Origin: Gammaproteobacteria bacterium
GTDB lineage: Bacteria; Pseudomonadota; Gammaproteobacteria; JBCCGL01
DNA: 64,000 bases
NCBI GenBank assembly: GCA_965277715.1
Contig: OZ255836.1
Location: forward strand, 3,744,001-3,808,000
Direction of reading: 5' to 3'
A program made the translations under genes and the position numbers. The number at the start of each line of letters is the position of its first letter. Within the stretch, counting starts at the first letter, position 1. The notes under the pieces are model-generated. The model was not told the DNA's origin. It did no database searches and was given only the letters and a program-made list of their open reading frames with translations. Below, in pieces: positions 10,116-21,162 of this stretch.

Positions 10116-10883
10116 GTGATGACTAAATTAAGTGTCAATCTGAATAAAATTGCCTTGCTGCGCAATTCGCGTGGTCGCGACTTTCCTAATGTCGTGGCGT
10201 TTGCCAAAAAATTTATCGGCCTGGGAGTGCACGGCATCACCATCCACCCACGCCCGGACGAACGCCATATCCACCGCCGTGATGCCTACGATCTGGCCGA
10301 CTGTTTAATCAATTACCCCGGTGTTGAACTCAATATAGAAGGCTACCCCACAGAAGATTTTCTGCGCCTTATTGAAGACACCCAACCAGACCAATGCACC
10401 CTGGTGCCCGATGCTGAAAATCAACTCACCTCCGATCACGGCTGGGATCTGCTTACCCACGGTGACGGTTTGCGCGATACCCTGTCACGCATTAAAGAAG
10501 CAGGTGTGCGCTGCGCCACTTTTCTCGACCCGGATTGCGCCCAGGTTGAGTGTGCCGCCGCTATCGGTGTCGACCGTATCGAGCTATACACCGAAGCTTA
10601 CGCCAGCGCTTTTGAGCAAGACCCGACAAATAGCGGCCACTACAAAACCCTGTTACAGGGCTATGCCAACGCCAGCGCGTTAGCGCGTCAGTTGGGTGTC
10701 GGTGTCAACGCGGGCCATGATCTCGATCTACACAACCTGCCAGCCTTCCTCAGTATTGGCGGCGTTCTCGAAGTTTCGATAGGCCATGTATTGACGGTGG
10801 AGTGCATCGAACAGGGCATGGCCAATGTGGTGCGGCAATATTTACACATTTGTGCCGAGTCGTCAGATACGTCAGCCCTGTAA
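10116..10883 (+). CDS. pdxJ: Pyridoxine 5'-phosphate synthase
   Basis: LSVNLNKIALLRNSR, GITIHPRPDERHI, NAGHDL, EVSIGH. Confidence 0.95.
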   Translation: MMTKLSVNLNKIALLRNSRGRDFPNVVAFAKKFIGLGVHGITIHPRPDERHIHRRDAYDLADCLINYPGVELNIEGYPTEDFLRLIEDTQPDQCTLVPDAENQLTSDHGWDLLTHGDGLRDTLSRIKEAGVRCATFLDPDCAQVECAAAIGVDRIELYTEAYASAFEQDPTNSGHYKTLLQGYANASALARQLGVGVNAGHDLDLHNLPAFLSIGGVLEVSIGHVLTVECIEQGMANVVRQYLHICAESSDTSAL

Positions 10884-10943
10884 ATGAACGGTACAATAAT
10901 GTCCTGCATAAAAATATATACATAAGTAATAAGCTGATTCACC

Positions 10944-11486
10944 ATGCCCTTTTTTCTGACCGCCAAACATTGGCAGCTTTTTCTGTTACTCGCTATTCCG
11001 CTGGTGACGTTTCGATTTTTTGGCGCTGGTTTTTCAGTGTTGCAACAGGGCCTAATGTTATTTTTATTTGTCGCCGTCATGGCGGGTTGGTTGTACTCGG
11101 TGGGAATGGCGGCCAATAATAAACTGGTGTCGGCGCTGAAGATGAACACCGTGTTGTTTAAACTGAGCTTGGCACTGCCCGTGTTGTATATGTCGATAGT
11201 ATTTTTTGTCGTGCTGGTGCCGCTGAGTCAGCATGGGCAAAGCTTTCGGCCACCCCAGTGGACAGTGCCGGTGCATTTTTTGGCATTGGCTGGGTTTGCC
11301 TATGCATTGTGGTTTTGCGCCCGCCAATTTGTCAGCCTGCAAAAAGACCGAAGAGCGGCGTATATTGAATTTGCCTTTCCGTTGCTGGGGTTTTGGTTTG
11401 GTTTGCTTGGTGTATGGTTTTTGCAACCTAAGATCAACCAGTTGTTAGGCGGCTCACCCAGTGCACAGCCACCCTCTGATTCATAA
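10944..11486 (+). CDS. Hypothetical membrane protein
   Basis: Several hydrophobic helices; AKHWQLF...GVWFLQPKIN. Confidence 0.75.
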   Translation: MPFFLTAKHWQLFLLLAIPLVTFRFFGAGFSVLQQGLMLFLFVAVMAGWLYSVGMAANNKLVSALKMNTVLFKLSLALPVLYMSIVFFVVLVPLSQHGQSFRPPQWTVPVHFLALAGFAYALWFCARQFVSLQKDRRAAYIEFAFPLLGFWFGLLGVWFLQPKINQLLGGSPSAQPPSDS

Positions 11487-11788
11487 TTAAATGCGGGGGC
11501 ATATTTTATTTTTTACGTTTACTTTTTTAAATGTTTAATCAAGGAGTGGCACAGTGGTAAATCAAATACTGACCGGCAAAAACGGCGATAGTGGGGTAGG
11601 CATTCGCCGGGATGAAGAACGAATCAACGCAATCCACTTGCAGCACACATTTTATCGGGCTAGGCTAATGTGTGGTGTCGTAACATTTCGGTTGGATTAT
11701 GTTTGCAAGTGCCAATCAATCAGGTACGCCGCTTAATATCTCAAATACTTGATTTACTCATAGCTCCGTTTACAGAGGAATAATACAG

Positions 11789-12454
11789 ATGAAATTTTCG
11801 CGCACCATCAAAGTGATATTGTTGCGTTTAGGGCTGGGGCTTTGCTGCCTGATAACCGCCCCGGCGCACACCGCCGAATTCGCCATTGGCGCCAATCTTA
11901 GTACCTTGGGGGCTGGTGTTTCGGCCACCCTCGGGTTGAATGATGAACTCAACGCACGTGTGGCCTACAACCGCTTTACCGAGAGCGACGAGACCACCTC
12001 GAATGGGATTGCCTACAATGTTGATCTGGAGCTAGAGGGTACGTCACTGCTGCTGGATTGGTATGCATTCGGCGGTACTTTTCGCTTTACTGGCGGCATT
12101 GTCGCCCATACCAGCGATATTGTAGGGGTGGCGAGGACAACTGGCTCGGTGAATATTGGCGGTACAACTTTCACATCAGCACAGGTCGGCACGCTGCGTG
12201 GAGTGGTCGATTTCCCCAGCGCTGCCCCCTACCTTGGCATCGGTTGGGGCAACCCAGTGTCGGGTGAGGCCGGGTTGAGTTTTGCCGCCGATATTGGCGT
12301 CTTCTACATCGGTTCGGCAGATTTCGATTTGAATTCCAGCTCTGGACTGGTGCCGGAAGCTAATATCGTCGCCGAGGAAAGAGAGGTAGAAAACGATCTG
12401 GATGATCTTAATTTCTACCCTGTGCTGAGAGTTGGATTGGCCTACCATTTTTAA
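11789..12454 (+). CDS. Outer-membrane beta-barrel protein
   Basis: Signal peptide, STLGAG, APYLGIGWG, C-terminal VGLAYHF beta-signal. Confidence 0.8.
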   Translation: MKFSRTIKVILLRLGLGLCCLITAPAHTAEFAIGANLSTLGAGVSATLGLNDELNARVAYNRFTESDETTSNGIAYNVDLELEGTSLLLDWYAFGGTFRFTGGIVAHTSDIVGVARTTGSVNIGGTTFTSAQVGTLRGVVDFPSAAPYLGIGWGNPVSGEAGLSFAADIGVFYIGSADFDLNSSSGLVPEANIVAEEREVENDLDDLNFYPVLRVGLAYHF

Positions 12455-12489
12455 CCCTTAGTCGGCTTCCCTTCGGGTGTATTTTCTAT

Positions 12490-12529
12490 ACCCCGTGTAT
12501 TTACTCGTATGCAAGTTGATACACGGGGT
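12490..12529. repeat. Degenerate copy of the 1156-1225 palindrome core
   Basis: accccgtgtatttactcgtatgcaagttgatacacggggt versus accccatgtattgacttgtgtgcaagttaatacatggggt. Confidence 0.75.
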
Positions 12530-12548
12530 CCGGGTTTAAACTAAACAA

Positions 12549-13010
12549 ATGACGAAAATACGCCAGGCCAGGGCCGAAGATACCCCACAGATTGTGCAGT
12601 TACTGCAAATCAATGAGTTGCCAATCAGTGATATAGCCGCACCTGAAATTGATTTTCAGGTGCTGGCATTAGCGGGTGCAGTAGTGGCCTGCGGGGCTTT
12701 GGAACGGCTCGATAACGCCTGCCTGTTGCGCTCGCTGGCAGTCGATCAGGCGCACCGCAAAAAAGGCTACGCCAGCCAACTCTGTGGACACTTGATACAG
12801 CGCGCCACAACCCAGGGTTATGGGGATATATTTCTGTTAACCACTGACGCTGCCGGGTATTTCACCCGACACGGCTTCGCCCGTACCGACCGGCACAGGG
12901 CGCCACAGGTTATCCAGCAATCCCGCCAGTTTAGCCAGTTATGTCCAGGCTCGGCGGTAGTGATGAAGTGCTGTCAGGGTATCGATAAATATACCGCTTC
13001 CCCGGTTTAG
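12549..13010 (+). CDS. GNAT N-acetyltransferase (ArsN2-like)
   Basis: LLRSLAV...RKKGY, LLTTDA..YF, FSQLCPGSA. Confidence 0.8.
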   Translation: MTKIRQARAEDTPQIVQLLQINELPISDIAAPEIDFQVLALAGAVVACGALERLDNACLLRSLAVDQAHRKKGYASQLCGHLIQRATTQGYGDIFLLTTDAAGYFTRHGFARTDRHRAPQVIQQSRQFSQLCPGSAVVMKCCQGIDKYTASPV

Positions 13011-13276
13011 TGCACTTCTTCGCCTCCCTGGCTTTTCATTCTGTTCAGCAGTTTAATGACTTCGACCAGATTGGCCTGTAATTTTTCGTAGCCAACAACA
13101 TCGCCCACCGTCATCAGGTCCAGCAGGCTATTGTTGGTGCGGCTCTGTACCGATTGCTCCAGAAAGCTTATGGCGTCCTTGACAGCGGTGGGCGGGTTTT
13201 CGATTTTTTGTAGCATTCTCAGTGCTTGTAGTACTTCATTCAACATGGAGAGAGTCTCTTGGGTCGGTTTTGTCAT
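13007..13276 (-). CDS. Hypothetical helical protein
   Basis: 89-aa ORF with natural composition in an otherwise empty interval. Confidence 0.6.
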   Translation of the reverse strand: MTKPTQETLSMLNEVLQALRMLQKIENPPTAVKDAISFLEQSVQSRTNNSLLDLMTVGDVVGYEKLQANLVEVIKLLNRMKSQGGEEVH

Positions 13277-13620
13277 AGTGTTTGTTAAAGAAAAATTGTT
13301 TATGTGAATCTATCATTATCGTATTACCTGTACGGTGTAACTGGATATTACTTCCTGCCAGGCACTATAATATTAGCTGCCTTGCCCCACTATTTATAAA
13401 ATAAATAAATTTTCATTTTAAATCAACTACTTAAAAAATATTCTGAAACTATAATTCACGTGTTTTCACTCTTCTATCCGCAGGTAGATGCAGACTTTAC
13501 CTGGCATGGCGCCTCTGTAAATACGGTATATACCCCCACTCAGCCTGTTTATCGTCTATGGTTACCACACCCCCTTCACGCATTGTTTGATCCAGTCATT
13601 TATCTGGGGAGTGATCTGTA

Positions 13621-14994
13621 ATGAAAATCATTGTACTTGGCGCCGGGCAGGTAGGTTCCAGCGTCGCGCAAAGCCTGCTGCGGGAAAACAACGATGTCAC
13701 CGTCGTCGATACCGATACGGATGTGCTGCAAGACCTACAGGACAGGCTGGATCTACGCACCGTTGTCGGTGTGGCATCCCACCCTGGTGTGTTGCGTAGC
13801 GCCGGGGTGGAAGACGCCGATATGATTATCGCCGCGACCAATAGCGATGAAGTCAATATGGTCGCCTGCCAAATTGCCTATACACTGTTTCACACACCCA
13901 CCAAAATTGCCCGCCTGCGCGCTCAGGAATACATGCAGGAGCAAGACCTTTTTTGTAACCAGGCAACCCCTATCGACGTTGTTATCAGCCCGGAACGGCT
14001 GGTGACCAACCATATTCAGCGCATCATCGAAAACCCTGGCGCCCTACAAGTGCTCGACTTTGCCGATGGCAAGGTGCGCCTGGTTGCGGTGCAGGCTTAT
14101 TACGGAGGCCCGCTGGTAGGCCACCAGATCCGCGAATTGCGCGAGCACATTCCCAACGTCGATACCCGTGTGGCGGCCATCTATCGCGAGGGCCAGGCCA
14201 TCACCCCCACCGGTGACACCACCGTGCAGGCTGACGATGAAGTTTTCTTCGTCGCCTCGCGTAAACACACGGCAGTAGTGATGAGCGAGATGCGCCGTCG
14301 CGACAAACCCATCAAGCGCATCATGATCGCCGGGGGGGGCAATATCGGCAAGTCACTGGCTGAAGCATTGGAAGACGACTACAAAGTCAAACTGATCGAG
14401 ACCAACCCCAGGCGCGCCGAACAACTGGCCGAGTCACTGGACAACACGCTGGTATTGCACGGCGATGCCGCCGATCAGGAGCTGCTGATCGAGGAAAACA
14501 TCGACGATATGGATTTCTTCTGCGCGCTCACCAATGATGATGAGGCCAACATCCTCTCGGCAATGCTGGCCAAGCGCATGGGTGCCAATAAAGTCATGTC
14601 CCTGATTAACCGGCCCGCCTACGTCGACCTGGTTGAGAGCAACATCATCGATATCGCCATCTCCCCCCAGCAAATTACCATCGGCGCCCTGCTCACCCAT
14701 GTGCGGCGTGGCGATGTGGTCGCGGTGCACGCTTTACGGCGTGGTGCTGCCGAGGCACTGGAGGCCATTGCCCACGGTGACAGCAGTACCTCCGCCATCG
14801 TCGGTAAACGCATCGACCAGATTGAGCTGCCGGACAACGCATCTATCGGCGCACTTGTGCGCAATGGCGAGGTCTTCATCGCCCACGACGACCTGATTAT
14901 TGAAGCTGAAGACCATATGATTCTGTTTCTGGGCGACAAAAGCCAGATACCCGATGTGGAAAAATTATTCCAGGTCGGCATCACCTTTATATAA
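13621..14994 (+). CDS. trkA: Trk potassium uptake NAD-binding subunit
   Basis: [12 protein letters not shown]; second RCK domain [10 protein letters not shown]. Confidence 0.97.
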   Translation: MKIIVLGAGQVGSSVAQSLLRENNDVTVVDTDTDVLQDLQDRLDLRTVVGVASHPGVLRSAGVEDADMIIAATNSDEVNMVACQIAYTLFHTPTKIARLRAQEYMQEQDLFCNQATPIDVVISPERLVTNHIQRIIENPGALQVLDFADGKVRLVAVQAYYGGPLVGHQIRELREHIPNVDTRVAAIYREGQAITPTGDTTVQADDEVFFVASRKHTAVVMSEMRRRDKPIKRIMIAGGGNIGKSLAEALEDDYKVKLIETNPRRAEQLAESLDNTLVLHGDAADQELLIEENIDDMDFFCALTNDDEANILSAMLAKRMGANKVMSLINRPAYVDLVESNIIDIAISPQQITIGALLTHVRRGDVVAVHALRRGAAEALEAIAHGDSSTSAIVGKRIDQIELPDNASIGALVRNGEVFIAHDDLIIEAEDHMILFLGDKSQIPDVEKLFQVGITFI

Positions 14995-15008
14995 ACCACA
15001 CAGCCCCT

Positions 15009-16457
15009 ATGCAATTCACTGTTATCCAGCGCGTTCTCGGCATCTTGCTGACCTTGTTCAGCACCGCGTTGCTCCCGCCACTGTTGATGTCGATATACTT
15101 TAATGACGGTGCTGCCGGGGCTTTTCTAAACGCCTTTTTATTAATTCTGTTCTGCGGGCTGCTGCTTACCTGGCCGGTATACAAAGTGAGAAAACCCCTG
15201 CGCCTGCGGGACGGTTTTGTCGTGGTGGTGATGTTCTGGACAGTGCTGGGCGTGGCCGGTGGCCTGCCACTCTACTTCAGTGAATCCCTGACACTGAGTC
15301 TAATGCAGGCGATATTTGAGTCTTTATCCGGACTCACCACTACAGGCGCCACCGTCATCACCGGGCTGGAAGCCCTGCCTGCCTCGCTGCTATTTTACCG
15401 CCAGGAACTGCAATGGCTCGGCGGTATGGGCATCATCGTATTGGCGGTGGCCATCCTGCCTATGCTCGGTATTGGCGGTATGCAACTCTACCGCGCCGAG
15501 GCTTCCGGCCCACAAAAAGACAGCAAAATGACCCCGCGCATCGCCGAGACCGCCAAGGCACTGTGGTATATCTACCTGGCGCTGACGGTCGCCTGCGCAC
15601 TCGCTTACTACCTGGCGGGTATGAATCTGTTCGATGCCATCGCCCACGCCTTTTCAACCGTTGCCATCGGTGGTTTCTCAACCCACGATGCCAGCATCGG
15701 TTACTTCAACAGTACCGCCATCGAAATGGTCGCGGTGGTTTTTATGCTGCTCTCCGGAGTCAACTTTGCCCTGCACTTTGCCGCCGTGCGCAAGCGCAGC
15801 CTGCACCCCTACCACCAAGACACCGAATTCTCTGCCTACCTGTTATTCCTCGGTTGCATCGCACTGGTTTCGCTGGGTTACCTCTACCTGTCAAACATCT
15901 ACAGCTTTAGCGATTCAGTCACACGCGGCCTGTTTCAAGCGGTATCGATTGGCACCACCACCGGCTTTACTACCGCCGAGTACTTCAATTGGCCGGGGTT
16001 CCTCCCCGTATTATTGTTGTTCGCCAGCTTTGTCGGCGGCTGTGCCGGGTCGACCGGTGGTGGCATGAAGGTGATTCGCGTGCTACTGCTGTTCAAACAG
16101 GGGCAGCGCGAGCTAACCCGCCTGGTACACCCCAACGCACACATCCTCGTTAAAATCGGTAAAAAACGCGTGAGTAAACGCACTATCGACGTCGTTTGGG
16201 GCTTCTTCGCCGCTTATGTGGCACTGTTCAGCTTCATGTTACTACTGCTGATGGCCTCTGGCCTCGATCAAATCACCGCCTTCTCAGCCGTTGCTGCCTG
16301 CCTTAACAACCTTGGCCCGGGCCTGGGCCAGGTCGGTGCCAACTACGCCACGCTGGACGCCTTTCCACTCCTTATACTGAACATTGCCATGCTGCTTGGT
16401 CGGCTGGAAATATTCACCCTATTAGTACTGTTTACCCCTGCGTTTTGGGATAAATAA
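15009..16457 (+). CDS. trkH: Trk potassium uptake membrane protein
   Basis: SGLTTTGAT, QWLGGMG, GGCAGSTGGGMK, LGRLEIF. Confidence 0.97.
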   Translation: MQFTVIQRVLGILLTLFSTALLPPLLMSIYFNDGAAGAFLNAFLLILFCGLLLTWPVYKVRKPLRLRDGFVVVVMFWTVLGVAGGLPLYFSESLTLSLMQAIFESLSGLTTTGATVITGLEALPASLLFYRQELQWLGGMGIIVLAVAILPMLGIGGMQLYRAEASGPQKDSKMTPRIAETAKALWYIYLALTVACALAYYLAGMNLFDAIAHAFSTVAIGGFSTHDASIGYFNSTAIEMVAVVFMLLSGVNFALHFAAVRKRSLHPYHQDTEFSAYLLFLGCIALVSLGYLYLSNIYSFSDSVTRGLFQAVSIGTTTGFTTAEYFNWPGFLPVLLLFASFVGGCAGSTGGGMKVIRVLLLFKQGQRELTRLVHPNAHILVKIGKKRVSKRTIDVVWGFFAAYVALFSFMLLLLMASGLDQITAFSAVAACLNNLGPGLGQVGANYATLDAFPLLILNIAMLLGRLEIFTLLVLFTPAFWDK

Positions 16458-16477
16458 GCGGTGTTTCCCCCGTATCC

Positions 16478-17452
16478 ATGAAAGACACATCGAGGAACAG
16501 CGTACCCAGTGCACAGCAAAAAACGCCCTTTCGCGCCACCCTGCTACACCCCCGTTACTGGAAAAAGTGGAGTGTCATCGCCGTATTAAGCCTGCTCAAC
16601 TTACTGCCCTTCAGCGTGCTCGATGCGCTCGGTACGGCCATCGGTTCACTGTGCTACCGTTACTACCACAAACACCGCCGGGTGGTGCGGCTCAACATCG
16701 ACCGCTGTTTTCCTGCGTTGAGTGATGACGAAAAAAACCACCTGATAAAAACCCACTTCACCGCTTACACACAATCATTGCTGATGCTACCGCTTTTGTG
16801 GTGGGGGCGTGGTGATACGCTCGCCCACCGGGTGACACTTGATAACCGCTCGGTGCTGGATGCCGCACTCGCCAGGGGGCCGGTTATCATCCTCTCTTGC
16901 CACAGCGTTATGCTCAACTACGGTGGCTCTGCCATCGCCTGGCAATACTCGGCAGTCTCCATGTACCGCCGTTTCAAAAACCCCCTGGACGAATGGCTGA
17001 TCCTGCGCGCCCGCAGCCGCTTCAACAACCACCTGGTTGCACGGGGCAGCTCCCTGCGTACCCTTATCCGCCTTACCCGCAGCGGCACCCCCTGCTACCA
17101 TATGCCAGACCAGGACCTGGGTGCAGAAGGCGCCGTATTTGCCCCCTTCTTCGGCCAGCCCAAAGCCACCCTCACCGCCATGGCCAAACTGACACGGGCC
17201 ACACAGGCCAGTGTTGTGCCCTGTTACCCCTACTACCTTGGCAAAGGCCGTTTTAAAGTGCAGTTTCTGCCCGCTATAAACAACTATCCGGGGGATGATG
17301 AAGTGCACAATGCACACATAATCAACCAAACCTTAGAGACCTTAATCCGTCTCCAGCCCGCTCAGTATTTGTGGAAATTACACCTGTTTAAAACAGGCGA
17401 AGATGCTCGGGCAAACCCCTACGACCCCCCTATAGATAAACACATCACATGA
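16478..17452 (+). CDS. Lipid A biosynthesis lauroyl/myristoyl acyltransferase (LpxL/LpxM family)
   Basis: LHPRYW, PDQD, FAPFFG, PAQYLW...FKT. Confidence 0.85.
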   Translation: MKDTSRNSVPSAQQKTPFRATLLHPRYWKKWSVIAVLSLLNLLPFSVLDALGTAIGSLCYRYYHKHRRVVRLNIDRCFPALSDDEKNHLIKTHFTAYTQSLLMLPLLWWGRGDTLAHRVTLDNRSVLDAALARGPVIILSCHSVMLNYGGSAIAWQYSAVSMYRRFKNPLDEWLILRARSRFNNHLVARGSSLRTLIRLTRSGTPCYHMPDQDLGAEGAVFAPFFGQPKATLTAMAKLTRATQASVVPCYPYYLGKGRFKVQFLPAINNYPGDDEVHNAHIINQTLETLIRLQPAQYLWKLHLFKTGEDARANPYDPPIDKHIT

Positions 17453-17958
17453 CCACCACCAGCAAACTGACGTTGGCACCGGAGGCGAAAAGATTGCGCT
17501 GGCTGTTGCTGCTGGCCGCTGGCTTTTTTCTGTTTGGCATCGCCACCCCGATGATCACCGTTTCCACCTTCATCATCGTTGAAAATGCCTTCTCGGTACT
17601 TTCCGGCGTATTTGAGCTGCTGAAAAACGGGCAAATACTACTGTTTATCATCGTCACTGCCTTTAGCCTTGTCTTGCCGGTTATAAAAATCTGGCTGCTG
17701 TATAACATCCTCTCCAGCCGCCATCCCACCAGCGCAAAAATCCAGCGTTACCTGCACTTAATGCATGAATACGGGCGCTGGGCCATGCTGGATGTGATGG
17801 TGGTGGCGGTATTGATCACGACTGTTAAGCTCGGCGTCATCGCCAGTGTCGAAGTGCACGTTGGCCTTTTCCTGTTTGCGACAGCCGTGTTGCTGATTTC
17901 ATTTATCACCCACAGAGTCGTGCGATTGACCCGTGTACCTGCACCTATCGAAACGTGA
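17449..17958 (+). CDS. Paraquat-inducible protein A family (single domain)
   Basis: FSLVLPVIK, GRWAMLDV. Confidence 0.8.
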   Translation: MTTTSKLTLAPEAKRLRWLLLLAAGFFLFGIATPMITVSTFIIVENAFSVLSGVFELLKNGQILLFIIVTAFSLVLPVIKIWLLYNILSSRHPTSAKIQRYLHLMHEYGRWAMLDVMVVAVLITTVKLGVIASVEVHVGLFLFATAVLLISFITHRVVRLTRVPAPIET

Positions 17959-18037
17959 TTTTTTGGTTGCGTTAACTTTGCGTGTCGATTTGGTTTGGCA
18001 GGCAAACTGTACGCTATCATTATTACTACTTCAAAAC

Positions 18038-18961
18038 TCACGAAACAAATAACAAAACAACAATCCCAGCCGCCACCAGGCCTGTTCCCACTGCCTCCAT
18101 AAAACGCACTTTTTCTTTAAAAAATAATGTGGTTGCCACAAACGTAAAAATCAATTCAACCTGCCCTAATGCACGCACATAACCCGCATTTTGCAGGGTA
18201 AATGCGCTAAACCAGGCAATAGATGCCAACGCCCCGCTCAAACCAACCGCCCCGGCCCAGCGCCAATTGCGGATTACCCGCGCTATTTCTCCAGGCTCTT
18301 TAAAAACAATATACACCCCCATCAAAACACACTGTAAAACTAAACTGACAAATAACGTATAAGCGGCTGCCATAACAAACTGATCAGAATCCAGTGATAG
18401 CGACGCCCCCCGAAAAAAGACCACCGATCCCCCCAGCCACATAGCACACAATAAACCAATGGCAGTTGATCGGTGTTTTAACCCACTGATTAATGAAGTG
18501 AATGCTAATTTTTCCCGGCCAATACTCAATGCAATTAAACCCGAGGCGCTAATGGCGATGGCGAGCACAGCCAGGCCACTTAAATGATCACCCAGTAAAA
18601 TGGCGCCAAACAATGCGACCATCACCACTTCCAGCTTTGAATAAGTAGTGCCGACGGCAAAACTTTTAAACGAAAACATCCACAACAAAAACACCGTAAA
18701 TAAAATCTGGCACAGACCGCCGAGTGCGCAAAACAGTAAAAAACGCCTATTGGGTTGCGGGTATTCATACGCACCCCACGTATGCAACAACCACATGTAA
18801 ATACCGGCAATGGGCACAGCATAGATAAACCGTGCATAGGCTGCACCGTTGGTTGAAAGCCGCCCTTTGAGGTGTTTTTGTAATGCCGAGCGCAGGTTTT
18901 GAAAAAACGCAGCGGCAATGGTGATGGGAATCCAGAGCTCAAACATTTGTAGTCGATTCAA
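18038..18961 (-). CDS. DMT/EamA family transporter
   Basis: About 10 TM helices; AAFFQNLRSALQK, VRALGQVEL. Confidence 0.85.
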   Translation of the reverse strand: MNRLQMFELWIPITIAAAFFQNLRSALQKHLKGRLSTNGAAYARFIYAVPIAGIYMWLLHTWGAYEYPQPNRRFLLFCALGGLCQILFTVFLLWMFSFKSFAVGTTYSKLEVVMVALFGAILLGDHLSGLAVLAIAISASGLIALSIGREKLAFTSLISGLKHRSTAIGLLCAMWLGGSVVFFRGASLSLDSDQFVMAAAYTLFVSLVLQCVLMGVYIVFKEPGEIARVIRNWRWAGAVGLSGALASIAWFSAFTLQNAGYVRALGQVELIFTFVATTLFFKEKVRFMEAVGTGLVAAGIVVLLFVS

Positions 18962-18965
18962 CGAA

Positions 18966-19793
18966 TTAATTCAGATTAAACCCCTGCTTGCGGATATAGG
19001 CACCAAAATCAGTGCGCATGGGCAAGGCGTATTGCCGGGCATGGTCTTCTGACCAGCCGTAATCCTCACTTATGCCGAAGTGGTCGGTGAGTCTTTGTGC
19101 TGCATCCGGTGTCTTGTCCTGTTGCCCGCGTTGCCTGTCGTAGCGCTTTACGGTGTCCAGTAGCTGGCTGTCGTCGTAGTGGTTTTTATGTACGGTGACC
19201 TGATTTGGCAGGCGCATACTGACGGGGGTTGTTTGCGCTGGCCAGCCAAGGCATAAAGCCGCGACGGGAAACACATACGAGGGCAGTTTTAATTGTTCAG
19301 AAAGCGTGTGGATACTGTCTCTCACCTGGCTGATTGGGCAGCAACCGAGACCGTGTGATTCGGCGGCGAGAATAAACGTTTGCATGGCGATGGCGGCATC
19401 GACAGTGGTGTTCATAAAGGTATCTAGGTGGTCATTGCGAAACGGGTGTTGGCGCAATTCACTGACTCGGCGCATACGCCGGTTATCACCACACCACACC
19501 ATAAACACAGGTGCTTCGGCAATCCAGTGGGTGGCGCTGTTATTCGTGGCGATTTGTCGTTGCAGGCTCCGGTCTTCGATATGGATAACGCTGACCTGCT
19601 GAAGGTCTGATTTTGATGGAGCGGAAAAAGCCACCGCAAACAGCGCCTCCAGCGTGGCATCAGATACCTTGCGGCCACTGAACTGCCGACACGAGGCACG
19701 CGCCAGAATAGTGCGCATCGTATCGTTCAGCAGAGCGCTTGCAGCGTCAGACAGTGGCTGTGCATAGCGGTGGGCTGCGGTAGTGTTGTTCAT
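18966..19793 (-). CDS. NADPH-dependent nitroreductase (NfsA/FRP-like)
   Basis: RASCRQF, SAPSKSDLQQ, AAESHGLGCCPI, RLP. Confidence 0.88.
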   Translation of the reverse strand: MNNTTAAHRYAQPLSDAASALLNDTMRTILARASCRQFSGRKVSDATLEALFAVAFSAPSKSDLQQVSVIHIEDRSLQRQIATNNSATHWIAEAPVFMVWCGDNRRMRRVSELRQHPFRNDHLDTFMNTTVDAAIAMQTFILAAESHGLGCCPISQVRDSIHTLSEQLKLPSYVFPVAALCLGWPAQTTPVSMRLPNQVTVHKNHYDDSQLLDTVKRYDRQRGQQDKTPDAAQRLTDHFGISEDYGWSEDHARQYALPMRTDFGAYIRKQGFNLN

Positions 19794-19872
19794 TCAATTG
19801 TGCGCCGTTATTAATAAATTGCGAAAAACCGCATTTTTAAGCTGCTTTACTATAGCGCCTTAAACACTCCCG

Positions 19873-21132
19873 CTACGATTCAACTGGATTGTTAGGGCTA
19901 TCATCCTGGGTTAAAGGGTCTGGGTTAAAGGGTGCATCAATCGCACCGCTTGGTTGGGTAAACCAGCGAGGCCCCTGCCCGGTGATATAAGCATGATCTT
20001 CCAGGCGCACACCAAACTCCCCGTAACTGCATATCATCGGCTCGATGGAAAAACACATGCCCGGTGTCAGTGGCAGTGTGTTACCTCTGACAATATAGGG
20101 GTGTTCGTGCACGTCCAGGCCGACGCCGTGACCTGTGCGGTGTGGCAGGCCGGGCACCTGGTAGCCTGGCCCATAACCGGCGGCGGTGATCACCTGGCGC
20201 GCTGCATCGTCAGGGGCAGAGCAGGGCGCGCCGACTTGTGCCGCTTCAAAAGCGGCCACCTGGGCGGCTTTTTCCAATGCCCAGATCTCCCGCTGCCGGT
20301 CAGTGGCTTCACCAAAAACATAGCTGCGGGTAATGTCTGAGTTATAGCCGTGCAGGGTGGCACCGGTATCGATCAGTACCATGTCCCCCTCGTTGAGGGT
20401 TTGTGGGTAGGGCACGCCGTGCGGGTAGGCGGTGGCTTCGCCAAACAAGACGATCTTGAAGGTTGAGCGGCCATCCATCCCACAGGCGATATGTGCCTCG
20501 TCGAGAAACGCCTGTACTTCGCGGGTGTCGATGCCGGGATAGAGCATGGCCGCCGCCGCCTGTTGCACGTTGAGGGTGATAGCCTTGGCCTGGGTGAGCA
20601 GTGCCAGCTCGGCGGGGGACTTGATTCTGCGGCATTCGGCAATCAATGACTCTGCGCTGATAATGGTGAGGGCAGGGTTGGCTGTTTGCAGGCGGCTTGC
20701 GCTGAAAAAAGGGGTTTGATCGTCGATTGCCAGGGTGGCGCGTGCGCCGTTTGCACATTTCAATACGGCGTTTGCAACGGCGTCTGTTGGGCTTTCGTGT
20801 TCTTCCCAAAGGATAAAATCGCCTTCAATAACAAGGCCAGCGCGGGTTTTTTGTTCTTCAAATGCAGGGCAAATGTAGAGTAATTCCCCACTAATCGAAA
20901 TGATTGCGCCGTGCAGCCGTTCACTGGAGTGGCACTGCAGGCCGGTGAAGTAGCGCAGGCTGCTGGTGGCATCGAGATACAGTGCGTCGATGCCTGCACT
21001 TTTCATTAACTCGCGCACTTTATGCAGGCGCACGCCGTATTCATCGACACTGATCGGGGTGGCCTGATCGCGTGTTGAGGTGAATCGGGCGCGCTCTTTT
21101 TCGCTGTTTGAACTACCTATGCCAAGTGTCAT
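19873..21132 (-). CDS. Xaa-Pro peptidase (M24 family)
   Basis: IDTG, SDITR, HRTGHGVGLDVHE, SIEP, GVRLED. Confidence 0.92.
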   Translation of the reverse strand: MTLGIGSSNSEKERARFTSTRDQATPISVDEYGVRLHKVRELMKSAGIDALYLDATSSLRYFTGLQCHSSERLHGAIISISGELLYICPAFEEQKTRAGLVIEGDFILWEEHESPTDAVANAVLKCANGARATLAIDDQTPFFSASRLQTANPALTIISAESLIAECRRIKSPAELALLTQAKAITLNVQQAAAAMLYPGIDTREVQAFLDEAHIACGMDGRSTFKIVLFGEATAYPHGVPYPQTLNEGDMVLIDTGATLHGYNSDITRSYVFGEATDRQREIWALEKAAQVAAFEAAQVGAPCSAPDDAARQVITAAGYGPGYQVPGLPHRTGHGVGLDVHEHPYIVRGNTLPLTPGMCFSIEPMICSYGEFGVRLEDHAYITGQGPRWFTQPSGAIDAPFNPDPLTQDDSPNNPVES

Positions 21133-21162
21133 TTTTATCTCGCAGGGAATGCCCGTTGTATA

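Noticed and set aside
13280-13620. AT-rich tract upstream of trkA as an origin or att site
   Set aside because: No DnaA-box cluster, tRNA or integrase; consistent with a divergent promoter region
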